A stretch of DNA of 61,924 bases, counting the filler, from Collodictyon triciliatum (taxonomy: Eukaryota): NCBI GenBank assembly GCA_043381765.1. It is 3 parts of 3 records of this genome, joined end to end, with 100 filler letters (N's around TTAATTAATTAA, not from the genome) between each part and the next. Parts side by side here need not be neighbours in the genome. Positions count along the whole stretch, not along the records: positions 7,581 to 35,610 come from JBHJMP010000408.1; positions 35,711 to 61,924 come from JBHJMP010000409.1; 1 more part is not named here. One strand, 5' to 3'. The stretch's first letter is position 1. Every line of letters begins with the position of its first letter. Shown here in pieces: positions 31,569-43,920 of this stretch. The notes beneath the pieces were generated by a model, which saw nothing but the letters and a program-made list of their open reading frames with translations, did not search any database and was not told where the DNA came from. Position numbers and translations under genes: made by a program.

Positions 31569-33264
31569 TTACTCAGTTAGCTCGTCTCCCAATATCCGAA
31601 CCTTCTGTGTCATCATGTCTAGTTGTCCCTCGAGTAGCTTCATATGCTTTTGGGTTTCCTCAAGCAATTTTTCTTTTCGCTCTAGCTCCTATATTGATAA
31701 AATGAAAGTCATATCTAAGTTTTTGGAGAGTTACGAGGGCAAAGGCCTTCAAAAAAATTCATTCGTATATTTTTTTCCCTTTATTCGATTCAAAGTGTAG
31801 CGAAGTTATGCCAAGTTCATTCGCGTATAATTATATCTAGAGGAGAAAGAAAAGGAATGTGTTGATGTTTTTTTGGTTTTTGCATATCTCGTCTGTATAT
31901 GAGTGTTTTAAGCCCGAAAAAAGATACAGTCCTTTGTGACAGAATCACCTGCTCGAGGAACTGGATTCGAAGATTCTCTTTTTCAGCACTTCGAACTGCC
32001 TTCTCCTCTTCTGATTTTGCATCGCAAAGTTTCTCCTCGGATTGAACCAACTTTGTAAAAAGGGCTTTATTCTCAGCCTCAAGATGGCGAATGACTTGCG
32101 TCATTTGCTCGTTACTCTCCTGTTGATTTTGAAAAGAAAAAAGCAAAAGAATTTATGCTTGCACAGTCATCACTTAAGGAATGAATACGTGTACAATGAG
32201 GTGAAAGAGAATTGTACTTCTAGGATTCGATTTTTCTTTTGAGATTGTGATAATTCCGTTGAAAGAAGCTCATTTTGCTTCGTCAATACTCTAAAAGCCC
32301 CGAAACGTAAACAAAATTACTTTTTTTGTATTAAATGATAAGGTAGACGGTAATAATAATTATAATAATAAACTGAAACATAACATCTGGTTATTTTCAT
32401 ACTAAAACTGAGTTAATAGTAAGCTCCTATAGGATTATGAATGTCAGTTACGTGATAGATCTGTCAGATTCTTCTTTATCTTTTAAGGTGTTTGAAAGTT
32501 TTTCTTTCACTTCATTCAGCTTTGTTGACGAAGCAGATGAATCTCTACTCAGTCTCTCTGTTTCAATCTCTAGAGACTTTATATATGTGTAACTTGAGCC
32601 ACATAGGAATGAGCAGACTTGTCATGCGCATATGCAAATTTTAACCAGTGTAAAATACCTTGAACTTTTGCTGGACTTCTTTCAGGGCCTTCTCTTTTGA
32701 ATCTAATTCTTCTTCCAGCTCATGCACCTTCTTCTCAGAAACAGTTCCTACTTGCTTGGCTTGCTTGAGCTCTTTTTCGATCTGTTAGTATCAAAGTATA
32801 ATAAGTTGCATTATGTGAGGTAGCTGTACATACTTGTTTACCACATTTGTAGTGGACCAAGTTAACTAGGTATCAGAGTGAATAGGGCAAATTAATTTAG
32901 GTATGAGAATATTCTTACACCATAAGCTTGAGACGAGCGACGCTCTGCAACTGTAACCTGATTGCCCAACTCTTGTACAAGAGAGTTCGCCTTTTATGAA
33001 GCACGTATAACCCGAAAGATTAAAAAAAAAAAACGGTTTGTGAATATGAAATCATGGTGACAAAAATTTGTATAATGAAGGGCTTTTATATATAAAATAG
33101 AGCATGTTTGATGCCCGTGTTGTGCGCTTGATGATAATTGTTTTTAGATTGGGTTCAAAGATAAAATAGACGAAGATGCAATAAAAAGAAATCTCGAGAG
33201 AATAAAGCATGATTACCTCTTCCAGCTGATGCTGAAGAAGAGAAAGTTTTCGACGGTGCTGCAT
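31569..33264 (-). CDS. Small all-coiled-coil protein, about 7 exons
   Basis: MQHRRKLSLLQHQLEE|ANSLVQELGNQV..IEKELKQAKQ..VHELEEELDSKEKALKEVQQKFK|SLEIETERL..ELERKEKLLEETQKHMKLLEGQLDMMTQKVRILGDELTE-stop. Confidence 0.7.
31770..31813 (-). mobile_element. 5'-truncated retroposon 3' end, copy 1 (intronic)
   Basis: The minus strand reads TGGCATAACTTCGCTACACTTTGAATCGAATAAAGGG-A7, nearly identical to 35516-35561. It is flanked by TTCATTCGTATA and TTCATTCGCGTATA. Confidence 0.6.
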
Positions 33265-35515
33265 ATTTTTAAGTTACACAGATAAATGATGGAATTGTTA
33301 AAATTCTAATAAAAATGAAGAATTCACCAGCGTTGCCGTCGGTTATCGTCTATGTTAAAGACAATAAAGAGAGGGGAAGAGGTACAGCTATTGTGTACCA
33401 TCGTTTTGCAACAACTTTTTCTTTTCTTTTCACCTACCGTGGTTTTCCGAAGAAACATGAATATGAAGATTTATGACCGACCCACAGCCCTGTAGTAATA
33501 CGATTACGATATCTGTATCTGTATGCTCCTGCCAAACCTTACAACGGTAGTAACAGGCCCTATGAAATGGTTATTTGATAAGCACTTCGAAAACCATGAA
33601 GAAGTGGGGGAACACAACTAAGATTATTATTATTTCAAAAAAATCGAATAAAAGGAGAAATAAAAAAAGCAGGAAGAGCATGTGCAGGCTGGCGTGTGAT
33701 CTGGATGAAAGGATAGCCAACATTGAAAGCTGTTGACGAGCTATGTTCATTAATCGATTTCTGTCTGACGAGGGAGTTTCATGGCAGCGGATCGAAAATC
33801 AAGTTCAATCCGCTTGGAAAAAAAAAAAAGCAAAGCTACGGCACCGTTTGACTTGTGTCTTGAGACTTTGACTTTCCTGTTTCTTTCCTTCTTTTTATTT
33901 CTCTTACAAATAGAATCTTGAGTTATTGGCTTCCGCCTCGCATTTGTAAAGAAATGAATATCTATGGGTGACTTCCTCGTATTTATTCTCAACCGCTCAA
34001 TTTGCCTCACATACCCGGCTAACATAATAGTTTGTTTTTTGAAAAGAAAAGAAAAGAAAAGAAAAGAAAAGAAAAGAAAAGAAAAGAGTCATGCTTCCGA
34101 ATGGCACAGAACTTGCAGATGCTTTATTAGTCCTTAAATGCCGGAATAGGTGGAGATAGTTGAAACCATAACGACACGCAATCCATCTCGTCTTTATGAG
34201 TTGAAGATATATACAAATGTGTGTCTGATTCGTAATTCACATCGATTTTGAAGCAAGGGCATTGTTCAAATGGTATTCTCCAGGACAGTTTGGGTGTGAA
34301 TCCATGAGCGGATGCCACAGCCGGAAGCTTCGCGAATATAAACATGGAGGTATTGCCTATAATCAATACAATTGAGGATGGGAAGAAGTGAACTCTAAGA
34401 AAATGCAAATGAGATTTTTTTTTTTCCTTTCTTTGGTTCACGATGTAAGAGAGTTAAGCCACACAAAGGGTGAGAAAATTGTGTATGGTGTTGAATGAGG
34501 CGAATAAATTATTTTCACGTTTACTTCAGCCATCAATTGATTTGTATACTGAGTGGTTTATCTATTTATAATTTTATATTGATATATTAATGTTTTAGAC
34601 TATATGATATTGGTGTCTTACCTGGGCGTGTGTCTGGAAATATCGCTGCAGAGCGCATCATCTCTCGAATAGCTATTCGCTTCACATCTATCTCTCTTGG
34701 TATCTGGTCATTGTCGGAAACCCCTATGTTTAGAGCGTATATTTCCCTTGGGGATAACGTCGAAGAGCCCATTATAATTAATAAGTGCACTGGTGTTGAA
34801 AACTGAGGTACTTTAGGGAGGACTGAATGGACTAAATCCTTTGTGCTATCAACAAACTATTTGCATAAGTAATGTAATTCATTCCTGGGACGATAGTCTG
34901 TATTACTACATTTAAAAATTATCAAATATTTTGCATAAGAAATATTCCAATCTACGTTTTTTTTTGTTTCGTAATAAAGTTTCGTTGTTATTTTGAAAAA
35001 AAAACCAGCATACATCGCTCAAATTACTAGGAAAATTATCGTGTAAACAATATCGACCTTCAGCAACCTCCTTTCCTTTGATGTGTATATTCGTCGCCCT
35101 GTTACCTTGATTTCTTCTCTTAGCTATCAAGAAGAAAAGGTGCTTAAATTTACGTGCTTATCTGATCAATTTTATTTTTTTAAAAATAAAAAACGCGGGC
35201 ATGTTTATAATGGAAGATGCAGGAGTTTGTCTGCATCACATTTTTTTGTAAGTAATAGTGTCTCTATTGTTGGTCCTCCAAATAACAACTGGCTTAGTAA
35301 TTTGATCGTGACAACGCATGTCAAAAACTCATTCCCAAAAACCCCGTATGATATAGTATGTATTATTGATAGACGAGGGGAGAACCTGCTCGGCGTCTGC
35401 CTCCATGTCTTGGAACAGGCTTTGCAATAACATAGAAAGTTATACTTAGTCTCTCAGATGATGTTAGGGTTGTCTCTTGTTTTTTTTTTTTTGAATTGTT
35501 CCTTTGATTGAAATA

Positions 35516-35610
35516 TTTTTTTTTTCCTTTATTCGATTCAAAGTGTAGCGAGGTTATGCCATACAAAGGGGCGGGATGGGAGCGCATGGGAGAGAGCAAA
35601 CGCGAGTAGG
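35516..35610 (-). mobile_element. Retroposon 3' end, copy 2, running into the contig end
   Basis: Same AATAAA plus A-tail terminus, extended by about 50 bp of GC-richer sequence up to the N gap. Confidence 0.6.
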
Positions 35611-35710
35611 NNNNNNNNNNNNNNNNNNNNNNNNNNNNNNNNNNNNNNNNNNNNTTAATTAATTAANNNNNNNNNNNNNNNNNNNNNNNNNNNNNNNNNN
35701 NNNNNNNNNN
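35611..35710. other. Artificial contig-joining spacer (N-TTAATTAATTAA-N)
   Basis: Same design as the spacer at 7481-7580. Confidence 0.9.
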
Positions 35711-35802
35711 ATACATACATACATACATACATACATACATACATACATACATACATACATACATACATACATACATACATACATACATACATACATACAT
35801 AC
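35711..35802. repeat. (ATAC)n microsatellite
   Basis: Directly visible at the contig start. Confidence 0.97.
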
Positions 35803-35856
35803 ACAAGATTATAAAAGGAGGAGAGGAGAAAAAAAAAGGGGTCAATATCTCGAGTA

Positions 35857-36660
35857 CCTTCCCATGGCCAGAACTTTTGTTTCAAGAGCAAACTTCTCTA
35901 GAATGACCCTGGTTAATCAGAAAAGAAAATAAAGACGTAAATGATCAAGTGTGGGCACTAGACTTCTGCGTTGGAGCGAGCAGCAGACATATCTGCATGA
36001 AACAAATAGAATTCCTCTTGTATATGCTCTATCTGGCAAAGTGACCGAAACCCACAGACAGACTCCCCTATACCTTCAGACTATTCGGATGGCAGAGCAA
36101 CGAGCGGGGAATCCTCGAACGATGCGGCGGGCTTGATCAAAAAACCTGGGTGTGATCATGGCGGCTTGTGGAGGATATGATACCGTACAAATACTTCCGT
36201 ATGTCATCACGCCTGGAGATAGCCCTTGTCTGGTAAACTGCTGTGTTGAAGACATCTGCGATTTCATGCATTTTTACATACTAATAATTGGTCACCTTTT
36301 ATTATTTTGTCCCGCTTCTCCTCGCATATTTTAAACAAGATTACATCTCCGATAAACTTGCACAAAAAACAAAAGACAAAAAAAAAAAGACAAAAAGATT
36401 GCACCAAGTACTGTTCGAGCCTAGTTGCTCGCATGAGAAGATAATCAAGGCCATGTGCTTCTTCTTTTCTCTGTAGTTCGTGAAGTCACCGCGCAAACAG
36501 CTGCCAACTTTTTTCTTTTTTTTTTTCTCTTGCTTTCCAGCCTTTCGAGCGCATTCCCAAAGGCAGCGTGGCCTCGGTCGCTCTCATCCTCTGGGTTTTT
36601 GATACCATATTTATAATCCACATCAAGAAAATGGTGCAGACCATCATGACCACATATGGC
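35857..36660 (-). CDS. Possible multi-exon hypothetical gene, divergent from the myosin, partial
   Basis: Several GC-richer blocks bounded by AG..GT on the minus strand (CGHDGLHHFLDVDYKYG.., RKEEAHGLDYLLMRATRLEQYL, VILEKFALETKVLAMG). Frames are not securely linked. Confidence 0.35.
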
Positions 36661-37281
36661 TAAATATCTATATAGGAGACAAATGGCCAAATATAGACTG
36701 CATATTTAGACTAACTTCGACAATCAATGCCGTGCGATTAGGTTCGGGCTGGGAGCAGGTTTATCTTGAGGCGCGGGTGAATCCTTTCGGGCAAACACCT
36801 TCACGCAGGCCAAAAGTTGACAGAGCCACAGGACAAACGATGAGAGGGCGGGCTTTTGCTTGCCTTTGTGTGGGCCCGATTCAGTTTGTGGATTTTGCTG
36901 CGGAAAGTCGCGCAGGGAAAGAAGAGGGCACAGTCCCTTTTCATACTGGGTTAACCTCTGCTGTTTTTTTTTCTTTCTTCTTCTTCTTCTTCTACTTCTT
37001 AGGGGCTGGTGTGGCATGAATTGGCAGAGTGTCTCAGTTCAGCTCTCTCTTAATTCTCTTCGTCTTCCCTCTCCACAATTCTCTCATATTCCCGCTCTCT
37101 AAAATCAGGAAACGAAACAAGCGGAAATCGAAGAATACCCCATCCTTAAAATTAAACCTATTGCTGGGTGTCTTTTTTTTGGTGTTTTTTTTTTGTGTTG
37201 TTTTTGTTGCTATTGCTGTTAATTGTGTCACTTTTCTATAACAAAATAAATAGCCAGGTTTGCCTGAGAAGCCCTTTGAGA

Positions 37282-40060
37282 ATGCATCGGGTAAGCAGCA
37301 ATAAATCTCATCAACTGTATAATTACACAAAGTGTTTTCACTTATTTTCCCATCTTTCATTCATAAATATATGTCCACCTATTATTCTTCCTCTTATTAT
37401 TAATCTTATTATCGTATCCCAGCATGGGCACAAGAAAGTAGTTGTCGTCAAAAGATGGGTTCCTGAGCCCAACCTCGGTTTCGTCCTTGGCGATGAAGAC
37501 ACTGAAGACCATTCTATCGTCCATTACGAAGACCACCAAAAGAACCAGGTTCGTAATGTGATCAACTGAATCCACAAGAATATTACGTTCAGTTCGACTC
37601 GCCTCTCAAGGAGGACGTCCAAATCTTCTTTTATTATTTTATTTTATTTTATTTTGACGAAACTATCAATTCTTACAAATAGAAAACTATTGCTCGAGGT
37701 GGCACATTCCCTGTCGAGACGTCTGATACGCTTGGGGTACCAGATAATACCCATCTTGTCCATCTGCACGAGGCTGGAATGCTACATAACATTCGCCATC
37801 GCTATTTCCAGGACAACATTTATGTATCTGTTTCCTTCTGTATTTTATATTTCTTTTAATTTTTGCTTTCTATGCTTTGTTGCAGTAATTTTCGTATGTT
37901 TAAGTCTCTGGCTCTCTTTTCTTTTGTATTACTATTCAATTGCTATGTAGTGCAAACATTTCATTCAACATACATTCCCTTTTTAAACAACACACGATGT
38001 AACCCAAGATGTACTATGAAACATTTCTTACAAAGTAAACACACGACCGCAGACCTATACTGGATACATTCTTATTGCTGTCAACCCGTACAAAGCACTC
38101 CCGGTTTATGGGGAAGAGTATGTCCGGAAATATTACGGAAAGGTTTACTTATTCTTCATTTTGTCACCCTTCACCACTATATATTACCTTTAAACTATAT
38201 GCTCCTCTTTTTCACATTTTTATAATCAAAATGACGAAGTTCGAATGCATGCGAGAAATGCTCCAATTTTTCTACAAACACTTATTTTACATCCTTCAGC
38301 ATCTTGGTGCGCTGCCTCCGCATGTTTTTGCAATTGCTGATCGTTCTTTTCGTAATTTGAAGACAGGTTCATTTCTAATTACACCATAGTAATCATTAAT
38401 TTTACTTTACCTTACTTCTTTACTTTACATCGCTTTTGCTTTGCATTGCTTTTGCTTTGATGGAGTTGCTAATTATTTATTGTTTTATTTTATTTTATTT
38501 TATTTTATTTTATTTTATTTTATTTTATTTTATTTTATTTTATTTTATTTTATTTTATTTTATTTTATTTTATTTTATTTTGCAACAGATAAATGCAGTC
38601 AGTCCATATTGATCAGGTTTGATATTGCAACCATAATGCCTACATTAATTTATTCAGATTATTTATATAGTAATACATCATAAAAAAGCTTACGAATGGT
38701 CTGAAATCCTTAATTCCGTTAAATAGTGGTGAAAGTGGAGCTGGAAAGACTGAAACCAGCAAGCATGTCATGAAATTCCTCGTCAACGTAACATTTAAAT
38801 GTCATTATAAAGATTACGTTTCTTTATTAAATTTATGGAGAAGTGAAACACATTTTCTTCATGGCTGCATTTAACTATCAAAAGGTGGGAGGAAGCCAAG
38901 GTGCAGGAAGATCTATTGTAGAAGAGCGCATTCTGCAGAGCAATCCTATACTCGAAGCCTTTGGAAACGCCAAGACTCCAAGGAACAACAACTCTTCTCG
39001 CTTTGTGTGTTAACTTCATAATTGAATATTTTATAAATACCATCTTTGTATTACACACTTTCTACTCATTTTAGATAGTAAGCCGCGCAATATTCAAGTG
39101 ACAGTATTTTATTCTTTTGTTTATTTTTGTGACAGGGCAAGTTCATTCAAATCAGATTTAATAAATCGTTCCAAGTGTGCGGAGCAACAATTGTTACTTG
39201 TAAGATATGACTTAAATGACACGTATATCGAATAGAGCTGAAATTTCTCATTAACAAGTTTCATGGACTCCTTCAAAAAAATTATACAAACTCATCGAAA
39301 TCAAACAACTAAACACCCATTCTTCGAAATTTAGATTTGTTAGAGAAGGTAATTATTTTGTTTACTTTGACTAATTTTATTATCTTAACTACGTGTATGT
39401 TTTTTTCTACTAGAAGCAAACTAGATTTGTGCCTCATTCTGATGATAAATTATATTCATAGTCGAGGCTCATATTTCAAAGCCTTGGAAATCGGAACTAC
39501 CATATATTCTATCAGCTTTGTGCAGGAGCCACCGCAGCCGAAAAGGGTTCTCCATATTAATAGTTTATCCACACTTTTGTAGTTTGTTTTAACGAGCTTA
39601 TTCAAATACCTCAATATATTATTATTTATTCTTTTTCTTTTTCTTTTTCTTTTTCTTTTTCTTTTTCTTTTTCTTTTTCTTTTTCTTTTTCTTTTTCTTT
39701 TTCTTTTTCTTTTTCTTTTTCTTTTTCTTTTTTAGCGCAATTGCATCTGAAAGAAGCAAGTGAGTTCCACTACCTGAAACAAGGCGGGGATTCTAAAATC
39801 AATGGAATCTCTGATGCCCATGAATTCTCTGAAGTTCGAGTATGTTTTCACTTTGTTTATAACACGTACTCAACATTTTATTCTATTAACATCGCAATCG
39901 CACAATCTGAATATACAGAAAGCTTTCAAGTCCTTCGGTGTGGATGAAGAGCAACAGATGCAAATATATAGACTATTGGCCGGCCTCTTACATCTTGGAA
40001 ATATCAATTTTGTTGCTGCTTCTTCACGGGATGACTCGTGCAAGATTGAAAACGAAGATA
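37282..40060 (+). CDS. Myosin heavy chain (class VI-like head), 5' part: SH3-like N-terminus, P-loop, switch I
   Basis: [93 protein letters not shown]. Confidence 0.93.
38483..38581. repeat. (TTTTA)n intronic microsatellite
   Basis: Directly visible. Confidence 0.97.
39631..39733. repeat. (CTTTTT)n intronic microsatellite abutting the acceptor
   Basis: Directly visible. Confidence 0.97.
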
Positions 40061-40110
40061 GTACAGTTTTACTTCTTTTTTATTTTGGATCTGGATCTGG
40101 ATTGTTTTTT

Positions 40111-40218
40111 ATTTGAATTAGATTTGAATTAGATTTGAATTAGATTTGAATTAGATTTGAATTAGATTTGAATTAGATTTGAATTAGATTTGAATTAGAT
40201 TTGAATTAGATTTGAATT
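40111..40218. repeat. 11-bp (ATTTGAATTAG)n minisatellite
   Basis: About 10 perfect copies in a myosin intron. Confidence 0.97.
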
Positions 40219-40432
40219 GTATTTGTATTGTATNNNNNNNNNNNNNNNNNNNNNNNNNNNNNNNNNNNNNNNNNNNNNNNNNNNNNNNNNNNNNNNNNNN
40301 NNNNNNNNNNNNTGTATTTGTATTTGTATTTGTATTTGTATTTGTATTGATGTTTTGATATTTGATTAATTTATAGTATTTGTATTTTTGTTTGTATTTT
40401 TAAAATCATTGCTTGGATATTACATCAAAACC

Positions 40433-43361
40433 AGAAATGTGTCACTCATGCAACAAGTGGAAAAACTCTCGACTGAAAAACATGCATTGGAAGGGAAACT
40501 CTTCTTTACAAAGAGGGAACTCGAACAAACTTTGGCAGATTTGAAGCAGGCACAGGAACAGCTCCACTTTTTTGAGCAAAGGCGAAGAATTATGAATCGC
40601 TCAGTGGACTTGAAGCAAAAGAGCATGACGAGTGATGTGGGCTTTAAGAAATCTGCCATTTTCCCACAGTTTCCTATGAACTCGATGTTGCAAACATCTC
40701 CAGTCGCATCAAACTCACCTTCCCCTGTTTTGCCTGCATCTCCATCCAACTTTTCCATTTATGATTACCAACTTTTGGGCTTCAATGACTTCCAACAGGA
40801 TGGAATCAAAGGCACCCTCGAAATTGCAAACGAGCGCTTTGTCATGATTCGAGCAAGGTCTTTTTTTTTTTTTTTTTTAATGCTCTCTCGTCTCCGTAAA
40901 TATGTTTCGACCATTCAAATATATAATATGATAAAAAAAAACAGAAAACCACTTTATGTTGCCTCTTTTTCTCACATACACTCTCCTTTCTTTTTAATCA
41001 CTTATTAGCTCCCTGTCAACCGAACTGAGTCGCATCATAAAGAGCACGTATGAGGCTGGTGAAACTGAAAATTGTGACAACATTAGCACATTTATAAACA
41101 ATTATTTCTTCGAACTGGGCCACACCATCGGCTCCTCTGATTCGCAGCATTACATGAAAACCATCAAAGGTACACTGGCAAGGAATCTCTTCGAAATTAT
41201 TTTTCGCTATATTAAATTTGGTATTAAAATGAACTGATGATTTTGATTCAATGCATGTTTTCTTTTTTCGAAACAAAAAAAAAACGAATTTTTTCGGCTT
41301 TGTTAAAAGCTTTGTGCACACTTAGTTGGAGGGAATCCAGTCACCGGCCTCGACCAGCAACTCAAAATGGCGTATGCTCTCCTTGGCCAGGCTGGATGGG
41401 GCATTTGCCAAACAAATGCCATCAACGCAGGAGCAAAACCGCAGAGCACATACATTCTTGTTGACAGCGTCCGGTCGTTTGAGGCTTACAGTGCTACAAA
41501 GGGAGAAGAAAAAACGCAGCATCCATCATGTACCATTCTATCAGGGTAAATGCAACACAAGTTGAATTATTTCTCTACTGTCATAATTTATCTCTTTATC
41601 TCTTTATCTCTTTATCTCTTTATCTCTTTATCTCTTTATCTCTTTATCTCTTTATCTCTTTATCTCTTTATCTCTTTATCTCTTTATCTCTTTATCTCTT
41701 TATCTGTCGCTGAATACATATTTCTAGTTTTCTCGCAGGTTGGTCTGAATCTTGTCTCGGAATGAAAACCGCTGCGTGTGAACTTGCGTGCTGCGCTATG
41801 GGAAGTGATATGTGTCGCTTCATTGTTGCACCACCTGAATACATTCAAGAACACATCAAAAAGCTGCGGGGCAGCAATCAGTCCTCATATACCATAATAC
41901 CAAACACCATAGTGCCAGGTTCCTAAAATTATTTATTTATATATAGCATGCTTACATGCAAATGTCTCAAATAAAAGTTACATGCCAAGCGGCAAATTTG
42001 CCATCTTTTATTCGTGATGTGAAACTGCATGATCTGTAGCCACTATGATTCCATAAAGTAATACAAATATTATGACAGAGAAAGATTGCTAATATGATTA
42101 ACTGCAGAACTACACACCACAAAACGAATTCTGGATTCGCTAAAGAAAGAAAGCGCACTGGCAAATGCTGCACTTACGAAAATCACCAAAGAACGGGATG
42201 ATGCAGTTCAAGAGAAGACAGATATGGATGTGGTTTGTACTCTTTGTATCGGCATTTAGTCTTTATACCAAGGTTGCTTTATAATGGAAGAAAGAAAAGA
42301 GAAAAGAGAAAAGAGAGATAAAGAGAAAGCAAAAGCCATGCCGAATATATGAAAAAGTCTACAAACTCACTTCGCACGACACACCCCTACTCGACACAGC
42401 TTCTCCAAAGTGCGCTTCCAAGCGAAGTCGCACAGTCTTTGAAATCTGGGAAACTTCCTCTGCCAAAGGAGTATTCTCAAGTAACTGTGCTCCTCTGCAA
42501 CATCGTCAACTTCACGTACCTGGCAAAGAGCGTTTCTCCCATGCGCTTGGTGATTTATTCATCACTTTTTTTTTTTCATTTAATTGCTTATTATTGCCAT
42601 TCCCACATCCACCCAAAGCAACACACGTGAACATATAGAAACATGCGAACTCACAATGTCGGATTCGCATGATGTCTCACATCACAACAAAGTCATCCTC
42701 ACACAAACCCACCCAACCAGACACACATACTCTCATCCATCAGCGACACATTCGACGAGTTAATTGAGCACCACAACGCTTACAAAGCAAACATGCTTGG
42801 CGATGTGCTCATGGTACAGACTGAATCGCGCAAAAATAATAATAATAATAATAATAATACAAGGCTCCGCGTGATTTGCGAGACATACCCATATAGATGC
42901 GAATACGAATACGAAGGCCGATGCATATCAACACACAATCGCAGAAACACCCGTAAATTCATCATACATAGGTGATGGCCGGAGCCCCTCTACCCCAGGC
43001 CGACCACGCATTCAGCATCGCCAATCTCGCGCTCGACATGATTGAATCCCTCAAAGCCCTTTCGCACCGTCTCGGCGAGGACTTGAGCGTCCGCATCGGA
43101 ATCCACACGGGCTCTGTTGTGACCGCTGTTTTCGGGGCTAGGGCTCCTCGTCTCCATGTCTTTGGCGAAACAGTCGGCATGGCTGCGCATCTCGAGCGCC
43201 ACGGGATTCCAAACTGCGTCCACATCAGCAGCGCCGCGCATCGCGTTCTCCAGTCAGAGTATTTGTTTACTGCGCGTGGTGAAATCCCTGCAAAAGGCAG
43301 AGTCTCGGTGCAGTCGTACATTCTCATGGGAAAGCGGATTTCTGTGATTCTCGCGGAATAA
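40433..43361 (+). CDS. Coiled-coil + V4R (XylR-like) sensor + degenerate class III nucleotidyl cyclase domain; 5' end missing
   Basis: GTLEIANERFVMIRA, FFELGHTIG, GQAGWG, SFEA, HPSCTILSG|FLAGWSE..ELACCAMGSDMCRFIVAP (V4R). Then LLQSALPSEVA..VTVLLCNIVNFT..YKANMLGD..RIGIHTGSVV..GETVGMAAHLE (cyclase fold). TAA ends at 43361. Confidence 0.85.
41587..41705. repeat. (TTTATCTC)n intronic repeat
   Basis: Directly visible. Confidence 0.97.
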
Positions 43362-43920
43362 GCTTTCTTTCTTTCTTTCTTTTATTGATTATCATTTTTT
43401 TCTACTTTTTATTAATTTTTTTTTTTAGTCATTTTCAATTACCTTGTTTTCTTGTTATGTTGTGTTTGTAGAAATTGCTTTTCCCTTAATATGTCTTTTA
43501 TGATTTTAAACCTTTCTCTCTGTTTCGCATCGCACTCCTTTTCATCTTACCCACGAGGACAAGAATCGGCGATGCTTCTCTTTCACAGCTCGATATCGAT
43601 ATTTCATGTCTGGTCTTGATACAGTAAACCATAAATCATCCCAGATTTTCCCTTTTTCTTTGCCATTTTATTTAGTTACGTGTTTCCTTTCTTTCTTTTT
43701 CCTTTCTTTTTTGAAATGTCATGTTGAGAAAAGAAAGAGAAAGGCAGGTACTGAAATAAAAATGAGGAAGAACAGGAATTATGAGTTTTTGTATGCAAGG
43801 CGGGCACATCAGTTGAGCAAAATGACCGACTCGAGACTCTATTGTGAAAAATAGGGTAGTTTAGTTAAGTTTACTTCTTTTCTTTTTTCCCCTTCTTTGT
43901 CCTTCTTTGTAACGAGTTAT

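Noticed and set aside
33641-33668. AATCGAATAAAAGG..A-rich stretch as a fourth retroposon copy
   Set aside because: The match is only about 11 bp in AT-rich DNA, with no TSD.
33300-35500. Short ORFs in the intergenic stretch
   Set aside because: No consistent exon chain or recognisable motif.
40111-40218. 11-bp repeat as a CRISPR array or telomeric repeat
   Set aside because: No spacers, no G-rich telomere unit, and it lies in an intron.
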